Below, one piece after another: positions 41,301-52,065 of a stretch of DNA of 64,000 nt. The translations under genes were made by a program, and so were the position numbers. Origin of the DNA: Mantamonas sphyraenae STR306 (taxonomy: Eukaryota > Protista > CRuMs). The notes beneath the pieces are model-generated. The model saw only the letters and a list, made by a program, of their open reading frames with translations, did no database searches and was not told the DNA's origin. Each line of letters starts with the position of its first letter. Within the stretch, counting starts at the first letter, position 1. The stretch is from positions 198,975-262,974 of the forward strand of contig JAPMXV010000038.1 of NCBI GenBank assembly GCA_026936335.1, given 5' to 3'.

Positions 41301-41474
41301 CTGGACTCGCATGGAGAGGACGACCCGGGCCTGCGACGTGGCAAGCCTTTGTACCTAGATCGCGGGCGGTACGAGCAGCTGAAGCTTATGTGGCTGCAGC
41401 AAAGTTTCGACCAGCATTCGCGTGTGCTCAGCGCAACGCACGTGGAAGAGCACCAGGCAGTGGCGAGGCAGTGA
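35328..41474 (+). CDS. UBR-box/RING E3 ubiquitin ligase (UBR3/PRT6-like, UBR1 family)
   Basis: UBR box AYRCLTC..CICIDCF..DHKGHDF..GGSCDCGD; SFHLPLHR; split RING CALC...SCGHYIH..C..FLCPVCRR; C-terminal FLDSHGEDDPGLRRGKPLYL. Introns near 35532-35674 and 35887-36029; extra A at about 36562. Confidence 0.9.
40068..40199 (+). repeat. (AGY)n microsatellite encoding poly-Ser in the UBR ligase
   Basis: AGC/AGT codon run with a pure (AGTAGC)n core. Confidence 0.9.
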
Positions 41475-41538
41475 TGGAAGAAGTGAGCGATGGGGGTGGG
41501 AAAGAGGGTTGGAGCTGAGCAATGGATCTGTGTTGGTT

Positions 41539-42618
41539 TCACTCGTCGTCGCAGGGCCAGATGCTCTCAAAAACGGGGCCAAGCTCGTCAATGATGTCTG
41601 TGGTGATGGTGGAGCGCTTGTTCTTGGCAAAAGCGGCCTTGGCCGACTGGCGGACGAGGTGGCATGCACCAAAGACGGCAAGCGGGAAGGAGGGTGAGAC
41701 GGTTTCGCTGGCTTCGACAGATAAGGACGGACTGCTGCTGGAGCTCTGGAGCTGGTCCTCGTGCCAGGTGGAGGATGAAGAGGACTGGTCACCATTGTTT
41801 GTGTGGGATGTCTTGGAGGTCAGGTCGCCATTCTGGACCTTGAGGAACCAGTTGGCAAAGACGGCGGTGGCGCCGCTGATGACGTCGCCCTGGCCGCCGC
41901 TACGGCTGCGGGAGCTGTTGTTGTCTGCACAGATGTAAACGGAGCGACCGTCGCTGACGAGGTCGTAGAACTTTTTGCGGACAATGGTGACGTTGCCGAG
42001 CTCGTTGCAGAGCTGCATGATGCGCTTGACGTCCTGCTGGAGGTGTTTGGCATCGGTGGAGCTGTTGAGCTCTTCCTCTTCCATACCGGTGGCCTTGAGG
42101 AGACGGCGGTACTCGTTGATGTTTGGGCAGAGGATGCACTTGTCCCAGCCGTGGATAAGCTCTGGTTTTGCGGTGACAAGACCGAGGCCATCGCCATCGA
42201 TGACAACTGGCATGTCTGCGTCACGTGCCTTGATGAGGACCTGTTCTGCGACGGCGAGGACCTGTTCGTCACGGCCAAGACCCGGGCCGACGACGAGGGC
42301 ATCGAGGCGGCCGAGGTTCTTTTCAACGGCAGCGAGGCCATTTGTGTCGTCGGAACCGTCGGCGACGACGCCGTGAACGATGAGGTCGGGGGAGTAGGAC
42401 TTGATTGCGGTGGCCGCACTCGGGGTGCAGAAGACGTGAACAAGGTCGGCGCCTGTGCGGAGGGCAGCCATGGCACTGTAGAACGGAGCCCCGGTGTACT
42501 CTTCGCAGCCTCCCACAATTCCAATCTTGCCCATTTGTCCCTTGTACAGCTCGTGGGACATCTGGGGCACGATGGAGGCACGGACGGTGTTGACAAGCTT
42601 GGCCGTGGTGGAGGACAT
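41539..42618 (-). CDS. NAXD: ATP-dependent NAD(P)HX dehydratase
   Basis: KGQMGKIGIVGGCEEYTGAPF, IKSYSPDLIVH, VVGPGLGR, VIDGDGL, RSGGQGDVISG. Confidence 0.93.
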   Translation of the reverse strand: MSSTTAKLVNTVRASIVPQMSHELYKGQMGKIGIVGGCEEYTGAPFYSAMAALRTGADLVHVFCTPSAATAIKSYSPDLIVHGVVADGSDDTNGLAAVEKNLGRLDALVVGPGLGRDEQVLAVAEQVLIKARDADMPVVIDGDGLGLVTAKPELIHGWDKCILCPNINEYRRLLKATGMEEEELNSSTDAKHLQQDVKRIMQLCNELGNVTIVRKKFYDLVSDGRSVYICADNNSSRSRSGGQGDVISGATAVFANWFLKVQNGDLTSKTSHTNNGDQSSSSSTWHEDQLQSSSSSPSLSVEASETVSPSFPLAVFGACHLVRQSAKAAFAKNKRSTITTDIIDELGPVFESIWPCDDE

Positions 42619-42703
42619 GGCGGTGATGAAGGGTTTGGCCTGTTGTTTGTGTTGTTGTTTGTGTTGTGGCGCGTGTTTGGCCAAAACGAGGTGTTCTGGT
42701 GTC

Positions 42704-43562
42704 ATGGTGCGTGTGTGGTGCGGGAAGGGCCCCGGCGGGTGCAAACGGGAGGGTGGGGGAGAAGGATGAAGAGGGAGAGAGGGTTGTTGGCAAGTAGGAG
42801 GGAGGGAGGTTGCGCGGACGAGAGGGGGAGCTGACGCCTTTTTGGGGCTTGACTTTGCGACTTTAGTTGCGTTTTCTGTTGATGCTGGTGAGTGGAGAGA
42901 GATGGGACGGGTGCACATGCGCGGGGTTGGTCTATCGGGGCCGCTCGTGGCGAGACGGGCCGTGGGGAGGGCATGTTACGGAAAGACTGACAAGAGAGAG
43001 GTTGGCCGGGACGCAGAACAAGCAAGGGGTGACGCGACTGGCGAAGTGGTACTGTGCGTACGAGCTGGAGGAACGCAAGGAGATCGAAGCACAGATCTGC
43101 AAGGCTGTGCTGGAGCGCACAAAGAAGTTTACCAACTTTGTAGAAGTAAGGACGGGGAGACGAGGAAGGCTGGGTGCGCAGGAAATCCCTCTTGGCGTTG
43201 GGCTCAGGCGAAGGAGAAGTGTGTTGGCGTGGAGGGAAGGGAGACACTGACATAGAGTGGGGGGCAATGGCGCATGGATGTAGTATGATAGCTTTACGAT
43301 TGTGTTTCGCAAGTACGGGTCTGTGTACTTTGCCGGAGCGATCGACTCGGACGACAACGAGCTGGCGTACCTGGAGAGCCTGCACGCATTTACAGACGTG
43401 CTGGACTTGTACTTTGGCAACCAGACAAGCGAGCTGGATCTGCTGTTCAACTACTTTTCCGTGTACGCGCTGTTGGACGAGTTTTACCTGGCTGGGGAGA
43501 TTATGGAGACGAACGCCGAAACGATTGTGAAACGGATGACAAGCAACGACGCGCTGCATTAA
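42704..43562 (+). CDS. Second, divergent AP-complex sigma subunit (sigma2-like)
   Basis: Exons ATG 42704-42706, 42867-42887, 43017-43145 and 43284-43562 give MLRFLLMLNKQGVTRLAKWY...TNFVE|Y...DNELAYLE...ELDLLFN...LAGEIMET. Confidence 0.85.
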
Positions 43563-43693
43563 GGACATGTGTGAGGGAGCCGGGGAATACCTGCGGGGGG
43601 TTGGGGGGAAGTGGGGAGTGGGAGAACCGCGGGTGTTTGAGCAAGGCAACTAATTGATTGAGTTTTGGGGAGTAGAGTAGTGGATTTAGGGAG

Positions 43694-44255
43694 ATGGTAT
43701 GTTGTTGTGGGAAGGGAAAGGGGTTTGGAGGAGGATGGGTGGGCAGTGGGCGCGGCGAATGGCTTTTCGGCGAGCTAGCGGGGCTGCTGCGAGGTCAGAA
43801 GGGATTGAGAAGGACTGACCAGGTCGCAAACTCGTCATGGGGTGGACACATGCGGACGGGAACATGGCTGTGTTGTGTGGGCGTGGCGTGGGGCAGGGGG
43901 CAAACTCGGACCGGCTACGAGGGACGGTGTTGCTTGCGGTGTCGGCGGCCGTGTTTGTGTATTATTCGTTCTGGGTGCTGGTGATGGTAAGAAGAGAGAG
44001 AGAGGTGGTGGGTGGTGCGCGGTGTGGCAGGCAGGGGCTGACGTGAGCTTTCGCGGCTGGTGCGTGGCCGCTTTTGCGCAGCCGTACGTGGATCAAGACC
44101 AGTCGTTGCACAATTTCTTCCCAGACAGGCACCTGGCCATCCTGTTGCCGACTGTGCTGGGCTTGTTGCTGATCACAGTGATTTCCACGTTCCTTTCGGT
44201 GGTGATGATACATTCGCGGACGAGTGGCGCTGGTAGTGCATACGGGATCAGGTGA
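43694..44255 (+). CDS. DPM2: Dolichol-phosphate mannosyltransferase regulatory subunit DPM2
   Basis: M|GANSDRLRG..VFVYYSFWVLVM|PYVD.D..LHNFFPDR..AILLP. Introns 43697-43896 and 43987-44081. Confidence 0.85.
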
Positions 44256-44495
44256 AGGACACGTGATGATGTATGGAATGTATGGAATGCTAAAGGGACA
44301 CGGGCGTGGGAAGAGAGGAGAGGAGCATGGCGGTTTGCACAGGGAGGATCGCTTCAAGGGGCGAAATGAACACAGGTTGCAAGAAGCGCGTGTGTGTGTA
44401 CATAGAGAAATGGGGTTTTGAGTTCGGTTGCCAAATGTGGCGTGGGGTTTCCATTGGGGATGTGATCGCACAGCTCCGGGAAGAACCGCAACAAT

Positions 44496-45652
44496 TTAGC
44501 GGTAGCGGCGCATCTGGACTCGCTGGCGGCGCTTCCAGTTGGCAGAGATGGAGGGACCGTTCTTGTGGAAGCGGTGACCCTTGCCACGCAGACCACGGGA
44601 CTTGACACCGGCGCTGGTAAGACCACGGGCCTCACGACGCTTATGCTTGGCAGAGACGATCCAGTTGATGCGCGGGTCGCGGCGGATAGCCTTGTGCTGG
44701 GGGTCGACAAGGATGACCTCGAACCACTTGAAGGTGGAGTCCTGGTTGACCCAGTAGGAGTTGAGGACACGCAGGTTGCCACAGGCACGGCCGATCTTCT
44801 GCTCGGCGCGCACACGCAGGGACTGGGCCTGCTTCAGGTGGTTGATACCCTGGTGCTTGGGCTTGCCATGGACAATACCACGGTGGTTGGGGCGCTTGCG
44901 ACCACCACGGCGCACGCGGATGCGGTACACCACGTAGCCCTGCTTGGCCTTGTAGCCGAGGCGGCGGGCCTTGTCCGGGCGAGTCGGGTGCTGCACGCGC
45001 GTCATGTTCTTCTCCTGGCGGTACTGCCAGGCACGCACACGCGTCAGGAATCGCAGCACATCGCTCTGCTTGCGCTTCTGCAGCTCAGCAAGATACTTGT
45101 AGGCTCCTGTGGTGGCGAAGAGTGCGTTCAGGGTCAGCATTTGTGCAGAGCTTGTTTTTTCGGCTCGCATGCGCACGAGCCACGAAACACAAAAACGCCC
45201 TGCTTCGGCTCAAGGACAGACTGCACACGGCCAACATGCATGGCTGTGGTATGTACAGTCCACCGGACGTCGCTTGAACCCATGGATGACATTGGATGAC
45301 CACATGTTTGGCCAGTGGCGGGAACGGCGTGCTGCACATGCGTGCTTCCCGCGTCCCGACCCCTCGCCATGCACCGTGGTCCTCTGCACTGTGTTGCACG
45401 TGCGCACCAGCTGCACACACGACCCACACGTCGGTTTGTGGCCGTCCGGTTTGTCGTGTGTGCTTCTACGTGCGCCCGGCGTCTGGTTTCTCCATGCACA
45501 AATTTCGCCTTTCGGCCTCGAGAGGACTTTTTCGACTGGCGACAGGATTCGGGTGCACTGCACACCACACTGTGTCGTGCGTCTCCTCTGCAGGTGGGCT
45601 TGGCCATGCGCAGCCATGCATGTGCATACGTTTCGTCTCTCAACATACCCAT
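44496..45652 (-). CDS. RPL15: 60S ribosomal protein L15 (eL15)
   Basis: [30 protein letters not shown]. First exon is ATGG (45652-45649), followed by intron 45648-45107 (GTATGT..CAG). Confidence 0.96.
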
Positions 45653-45718
45653 GGTTTTTGGTTTGGCTGGCTGTGACGGGGCGGCGCGACAACACGTCTA
45701 TTGGCAGGTCGACACAGC

Positions 45719-48700
45719 TCACTTCTCCTCCTTCTTCTTCTCCTCCTCACCCTCATCCTCCTCCTCCTCAACCTCTGCCTCCTCTTCGGCCTTCTTGGCT
45801 TCCTCCTTGGCCTTCTTTGCCTCCTCCTTCTTCTTCTTGGCCTCCTCCCGCGCCTTCTTCTCCTCGTCCAGCAACACATCCTCCATCCTGTTGCTTGCAT
45901 CGCCCTGCTCCAACTCCTTCATCTTCTCCTCCTCCTTCTCCGCCTCCTTCCTCTCCTTCTCCTGCTCCTTCTTGGCAGCCTCCTCCTCCTTCTCGTCGTG
46001 CTCATGCTCCTCGTCATCCTCATCCTCGTCATCATCATCGTCATCATGATGACCATGACCCTTCTTCTTCTTCTTCTTGCCCTTCAAGCCGGCCTCATCC
46101 TCCTCGTCCTCCTCCTCGCGATCCACAGCGTCCTCCTCCTCCTCCTCCTCATCCTCGTCCTCCTCCTTCTGCGTGATCTTCAGCTCGCCGAGCTCGATGC
46201 TCTTGCCCTTCTTCTCGCCCTCCTCACCACCGTCCTCCTCCTCCTCGTCCTCCATGCCGTCGGCCGCCGTCTGCGTCAGCGCAACCATCAGGTTCGCCCA
46301 CAGCTTGCCCTTGTCCTTCATGCTGGGGTTCTGCTCCAGCATCTTGTCGTACTTCTTCTTGAACTGAAGCACAACCTGCACCATTGCCATAAACACCACA
46401 AAGCAGTTCAGGAACACCAGCAGGAAGCCAAACAGCGCAATGTCCGCCGGTTCCTTGCTGATCTGCACCTTGAGCAGCAGACCCGCAAACAGTGTCATAA
46501 ACAGCTGCAGCAGCGCGTTGTACTGCAGATCGTGGTTGCTCTTGGCCTCATACGGCTGGAAGCGTTCGTGCAGCAGCAGCGCAAACAGGTTCACAATCAT
46601 GCCCACCACAAGCTGCGACGGCAGACCGCGCGCCACAAACACAAGCACAGAGGCAATGATCAGCTTGCGTGTCATTTCCACAAGCTCCCAGTAGTAGCGC
46701 ACAGGGCTGTAGCCGATGTACAGGAAGCCGTAGCGCTCGCGGATCTTGGGGGCGTCCAGCTGGTGCGAGTTCTTCTTCAGCAGCAGGGCAAACGCAATCG
46801 GGATGCCGATGATGTATGCAAGGATACCCACCACGGCCAGGCCCACGTAGCCCAAATGGCGTTCGTTCCAGCACTCTTCGCGGTAGTCGAAATCCAGCAG
46901 GATCCTTCCTTCCACTTCGGAGCACTTGAACGTCTGCAGCATCTTCTGGCTGATGCCCGGGTACAGGAACAGCAGCACCACACTTGCGTTCTTGATGCAC
47001 ATGCTGTCCCACTCGGAGATCTCCTCGGGCGTGGAGCCCTTGGCCTTCTTTTGGCCACGAACCAAAAGCCACACAACCACCATGGTCACCAGGAACACAG
47101 GCGGCAGCGCCATGTAAAACTCCAGACCTGCGTAGAAGGTGAGGGGCTTGCCGTTGGTGCAGTCGAACGAGCTGATGCTCACAATGTTAAAGTTGACGAA
47201 GCTCATGGCGTTGCTCAGTCGCTTGAAGCTCTCGGGCCACGCCACGTCGTACGTCTCTGTAAACTGGTTCAGCATCTGCAGGAAACCAATCAGAATCTTC
47301 ACCTTGAGGATCGAGCCCTTGCCGCCCTTCTGGCGGAAGAGGAGGAACAGACCCACCAGCAGCAGGATGATCAGGGCAGCAATCGTCACCTCGGAGCTGC
47401 CTCCTTCGGGGCACTTTGTGCAACGCACACCCTCCTTCTGGTAACCAGGCGAGCACACGGAGCACTTGGGTCCTTCGTAGCCATCCTCGGAGCACTTGGA
47501 GCCGATGGCGCCCTGCGTGCCGTCGCAGCCCACGACGCCTGCGCAATCGTAGATCGTCGTCGAGCCTGCAAAGGCACTCCAGAAGCCTGCGCGCGGCACG
47601 ATGTCGTTGCCACCGCGGCAGATGGCGTTGGGCAGCTCCGTCTCGCAGCTCTTGCAGTCGCGATCTCCAGGCTTCTGCTCAAAGAACAGCGGCCTGCAGA
47701 TGCACGAGGTGCGTGCGGGATCGTTGGTCTTGCTCGTCACGCACGGAGAGCACTGGCTCAGACCCTTGGCGGTGGCAATCTGGCCCTCGGGGCACGGGTT
47801 GCACTGCAGCGAGCGACGTGCGTTCTGGAAGAAACCCACCTCGCAATCCTGGCATGTGGTCTGTGCCGAACCGTTGTTGAACTTGCCCAGCTCGCATTCG
47901 GTGCATGCCGTGGCGCCGCCTGTGGCGTACGTGCCGGGCACGCAGTTGTCGCACACAGTGAGGCCCTGGAAGGCTCCAAAGGTGCCCGCCAGGCAAGGGA
48001 CGCACGCGCCCTGGCTGTTGACGTAGCGGCCGGCAGCGCAGGCCACACACGTGTTCTCGTTCACGTTGGGCTTGTAGTTGCCGGCTGTGCATGTCTCGCA
48101 CGTGGCGCCGGTGTACAGCGTGTCGGGCGAGCACTTGCAGCCGCCTGTGCCTGTGCGTCCATCGTCGCACGAGCCACGGCCGCCACACGTCGTGTCACGG
48201 CACGGCCTGCATTCGGCGCCGTAAAAGTTGGTGTTGCACGGCAGCGCGAGCTTGAACAGGGTGCGCGTCTTGAACGTCGACGGCGTCGTGTTGTCCACAA
48301 AGAAAAACGCTTCCTTGCGCGTCTCGCTGTAGGTCATGGGCAGGCGGCGCACACCGGTCACAGTGTCTGCGCTCGTCGTAAACTTGCGCTGGTTCTGCCA
48401 CTCGCCCGTGGTCATGTTGAGCATCTGCACACGTGAGTTGCCCTTGTCCATGACCAGCAGCTGGCCGGCCATCGTCGTCACCAGGCCACTCGGGTTCACA
48501 TACTCTGCCGATCCCTCACCGAAGCCACGGTTGGCCACGGAAAGGGGCTTGAGGGTGGCGTAGTTGTCCGACGCGGTGTACATGTCCAAGCGCGTCTGCG
48601 CAAGGGAATCGTAGATGACGTACAGGTCCGAGTTGAGCGGGTTAAAGGCAATTGCAGAGGCGTTCAGCGGCAGGTTCAGCTGCATGGTGGCAGCGCCGGT

Positions 48701-51312
48701 GTTCAGGTTGTACATGTTGACCTTCTTGTGGGCACCAATCACAGCAGCCACAGGGAAACCCGTGTTGATGTTCACCACAGGTGCATCGTAGCACAGCGCG
48801 CCGATGCGGTTGGCACGTTCGTCCAGCTCAAACGAGTGGATGCCAAAGCCAGCGCAAGCCGGGATGGTGCGCTTCACAGTGCCCATCAGGTCCATCACAA
48901 TGATGACGTTGTCGCGCTCGTAGTCGCTGCCGCCGTAGGGGAAGCCCACGACGTAGATGTCACCTGTGGTGCGGTGCACACGCAGGCGATCAGCCATAAA
49001 CACGCTGGTCTGGGGCAGGAAGGGCTGGAAGCCGGCACCGGAGGCCAGGTAGTGGTTCTGTGGCTTGACCATCTTGACATACTGACCCGCAGGAGTCAGC
49101 TCGACAAGGGTCACGTTCTGCTTGCAGGAGAACGACGCAGGCGGGTTGGTGGTTCCACTGCTGCCAAACGGGTCCGTGGAAGCACCAGGAGAGCCGCCTG
49201 GAGAACCGCTAGGGGAGCCGGAAGGATCGCCGCCAGGGGAGCCAGGAGAACCGCTTGCAAACGGGTCGCCCGAGGCAAACGGGTTGAAGTTGGCCGTGGG
49301 GTCCACCACGCATGCCTTGTCCAACGTCTGCATCAGCAGATTGCCCGAAGGAAGCGCAGCAATGCCGTTGGCATAGATTTCGTACGGGGCAAGGGAAGGC
49401 TGAGACGGCCAGTTGTCAAACGTGGCCAGGCCCGAGATGGTGACGGGAGCCAAGGTCATGGCTGTGTTGGCCACCTTGGAGCAATCGGTGCCGTAGAAGC
49501 CAGCGTTGCATGCGCACTGGCCCGAGATGGCGCTGCAGGTACCACGACCGCTGCAGGGGTTTGCTGCGCCGCCGGGGCATTCGCTCTGGCAGGTCTGGCC
49601 GTAGTAACCATTGGCACAGGCGGTGGAAAAGCGCTTGAGCATGGTGAGGCCAGTGTCGGCGACATAGAGGGTGCCCTCATTGTCGGCAGTCAGTCCGCGC
49701 GGGTTGAGCAGATTGGCAAAGCCTGCACCGAGGCCACCGATGGGTGTGCCGATGGTGGTGAAGTTGACAGAGGAGGAGTCGACGCGCTGGATGTTGGAGC
49801 GCGCGTAGTCCATGACCATGAGGTTGGAGACTCGGGAGTTCTCGACGACAAGGAGGGCGTTGACGCTTGTGGGGAAGGCGTTTGCGGGACTGATCCATGC
49901 AAAGTTGCCGTTGTCGTTCATGTTGAACTTGAGCAAGTACGTTGTGCCCACGCGGGGAGCCTTTGTGGCGCTGCCCGAGAGGAGACGGGTGACGTCGACC
50001 ACCTGCATCATGGTGAAGGTGGTGTTGGATGCCCATGAGTGAGCAAACGCCAGCAAGTCGACCTGTGCCTTTTCGCGGAAGTAGGGGAAGGGCTTCTGGC
50101 CCGTGATGGTTCCGTTGCGAGCGAGGTTGAGCCAGTCGTGGGACTGGGTGTGGTTGGAGGCAGCGGTTGCGAGGCGCAGGCCCACAAAGCCCTGAGCACC
50201 TGGCTTGGGGTCAGTGGGGCTTTTGAGGCCACCGGTGGCATCCATGTAGAGGATGTCCTTGGTGGACGGGTTGAGCTGCCACCAGTGGTAGCCTCCGAAG
50301 CGCTCGCCCGAGGTGAGGACACCGTTGGGGGAGTAGGCGATGAGGGCGTTTGTGGTGTCAAACTTGGGCATCTGGAAGCGAGTCGGCGTGGAGTCGAGGG
50401 TGGCCATGCGTGTGATGAACGGCGTGCCTCCAGAAATCTGGTCAAAGATGGATTTCTCCTGGAACACATTGAAGTAGCCCAAGTACCCGTCGGCAAAGAA
50501 GATCTCACCGTCGTTGGCCACCTGGATGCTTGCAAAGGGCGATCCGTAGTGGGTGCCGTTGAAGAGGTTCTTCTTGTTGAAGTCCTGGCGGGAGGGGTCG
50601 TTCTTGCCGATGTAGGGAAAGTACTTTGTCTGCTTCACCGACGCGGAGCCGCATTGGTACACCACGACGCGCTGCAGGAGCGGAGTGGACTGGGACGACG
50701 GCTGGTAGGAGAAGCTGTCGGTGGCGGTCTCCTCGATGGCGTTGTTGATAGACTGGCGCTCCAGGACGTAGACGAGGTCCTGTCCGCCCGAGTCGATCTG
50801 GGCGACGTCCACAGGCGCGTAAATGGGCGTGGAGCCACTGACCTGAGGGCTTCCACCGCCATAGAAGATGAGGTCAAAGTTAAAGTCGACCTTGGGGTTT
50901 GCTTGAGCTGTGTTGTGCAGAAGGAGGGGGGGGGGTCAGACACGAGACGTTGGAAATCCCGGAAAAAACAGAAAAACGCGGGAGAATGGATAGGTGGACA
51001 GGCGGGGCGGATGTGTGGTGTGTGGAGACGTTGGACCGCTTGTGGACGGCCATGAGTGACCGTCGAAGGATGGTGTGGGCGGTGGAGGGTGTGCAATACG
51101 AGGCACAGGGGCTAAGGAGCCGGGGGAAAAGGTAGGATTGCATGTTGTGTTTGTGCTGCGGGCATGTCTGGGATACTGCGCGGGTGCGTTGTGGTCGGTG
51201 ACAGGAGTGTCGGGGATGGGGATGGGAGATTACCATTGCAAGTGACTGTGAGAGCCGCTATGCAGAGCAGGATGGATGCAACTACGTATACAGAGTGTTG
51301 ACGTCGCAGCAT
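45719..51312 (-). CDS. Large receptor-like membrane protein: signal peptide, NHL/beta-propeller regions, EGF, Cys-rich (GCC2/3-type) repeats, multi-TM domain, acidic tail
   Basis: Signal exon MLRRQHSVYVVASILLCIAAL joins via intron 51233-50908. LLNPRGLTAD..LYVADT; CPGGAANPCSGRGTC; repeated CxxC.xG.[FY]; KILIGFLQ and YYWELVEMTRK in the TM region. Confidence 0.85.
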
Positions 51313-51500
51313 GTTGGGTTCGGTTGGGGCGACGAGCGCGTTTGTGTTTTGGGGAGAGAAACGGCGGGAGGGATGGGAAAGGGAAGGGTGGGAAGGGAAG
51401 GAATGCACTGTGGGAGAGGGTGTGGGAGTGTGTGGGAGTGTGTGGGGGAGTGTGTGGGGATGCGGGGGCGTGGGCAGCAGGACCGCACGAGACACGGGGA

Positions 51501-52031
51501 ATGGACGAGGCAGAGGTGCTTGTGGAACGGGTGGAACAGCTAGCGGGCGAGGTGTTTGCGTGTGTGGGGGCGGTGGCAAAGGCAAAGGATGTGCGCGGGG
51601 CTCAGGAGACGGCGTCGGGGATGCAGCAGCAGTACGCAAAGGCGGCTCAGGAGCTACAGCAGTTGCTGGGGGAGATGGAACAAGGAGAGGAGGAACGTGA
51701 ACAGGAAGGAGGGATGGAACTGGTGTTGGAGGAGCAGCCGCTGGAGTTGGGCAGTGGGCGAGTGGAAGAGTTGCAGGCGCAGCGGGATGCGCTGCGCGAA
51801 CTTGTGGCGGCTCGGGACGGGCAGCTGAAGCAGGTGATGGGAAAGTACCGTGCGCTGTGGACAGACTTGGTGGCAGTTAGCAGCGGGAACGTGCTGGAGG
51901 AGCGGCTGTCGTCGGATTCGGTGGGTGTGGAGCGGTTGCAAGGGTCGAAATTGGGCAGCAAGGAAGTGCGTGCGAACGAGGGCGTGGTGCAGTTGGAGGT
52001 TGTGGCCAGGGGAGCAGGGGATGGTGTATGA
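51501..52031 (+). CDS. Coiled-coil protein, possibly Mediator subunit MED30-like
   Basis: C-terminal ELQAQRDALRELVAARDGQLKQVMGKYRALWTDL resembles the MED30 C-terminal helix (by eye). Confidence 0.45.
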   Translation: MDEAEVLVERVEQLAGEVFACVGAVAKAKDVRGAQETASGMQQQYAKAAQELQQLLGEMEQGEEEREQEGGMELVLEEQPLELGSGRVEELQAQRDALRELVAARDGQLKQVMGKYRALWTDLVAVSSGNVLEERLSSDSVGVERLQGSKLGSKEVRANEGVVQLEVVARGAGDGV

Positions 52032-52065
52032 ACTTTGGGTAAGTTTGTGTATTGCTGTACAGGAA

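Noticed and set aside
45500-45530. Hammerhead-like GAGGCCGAAAGGCGAAA on the minus strand of the RPL15 intron
   Set aside because: The required CUGANGA core is absent (CTCTCGA).
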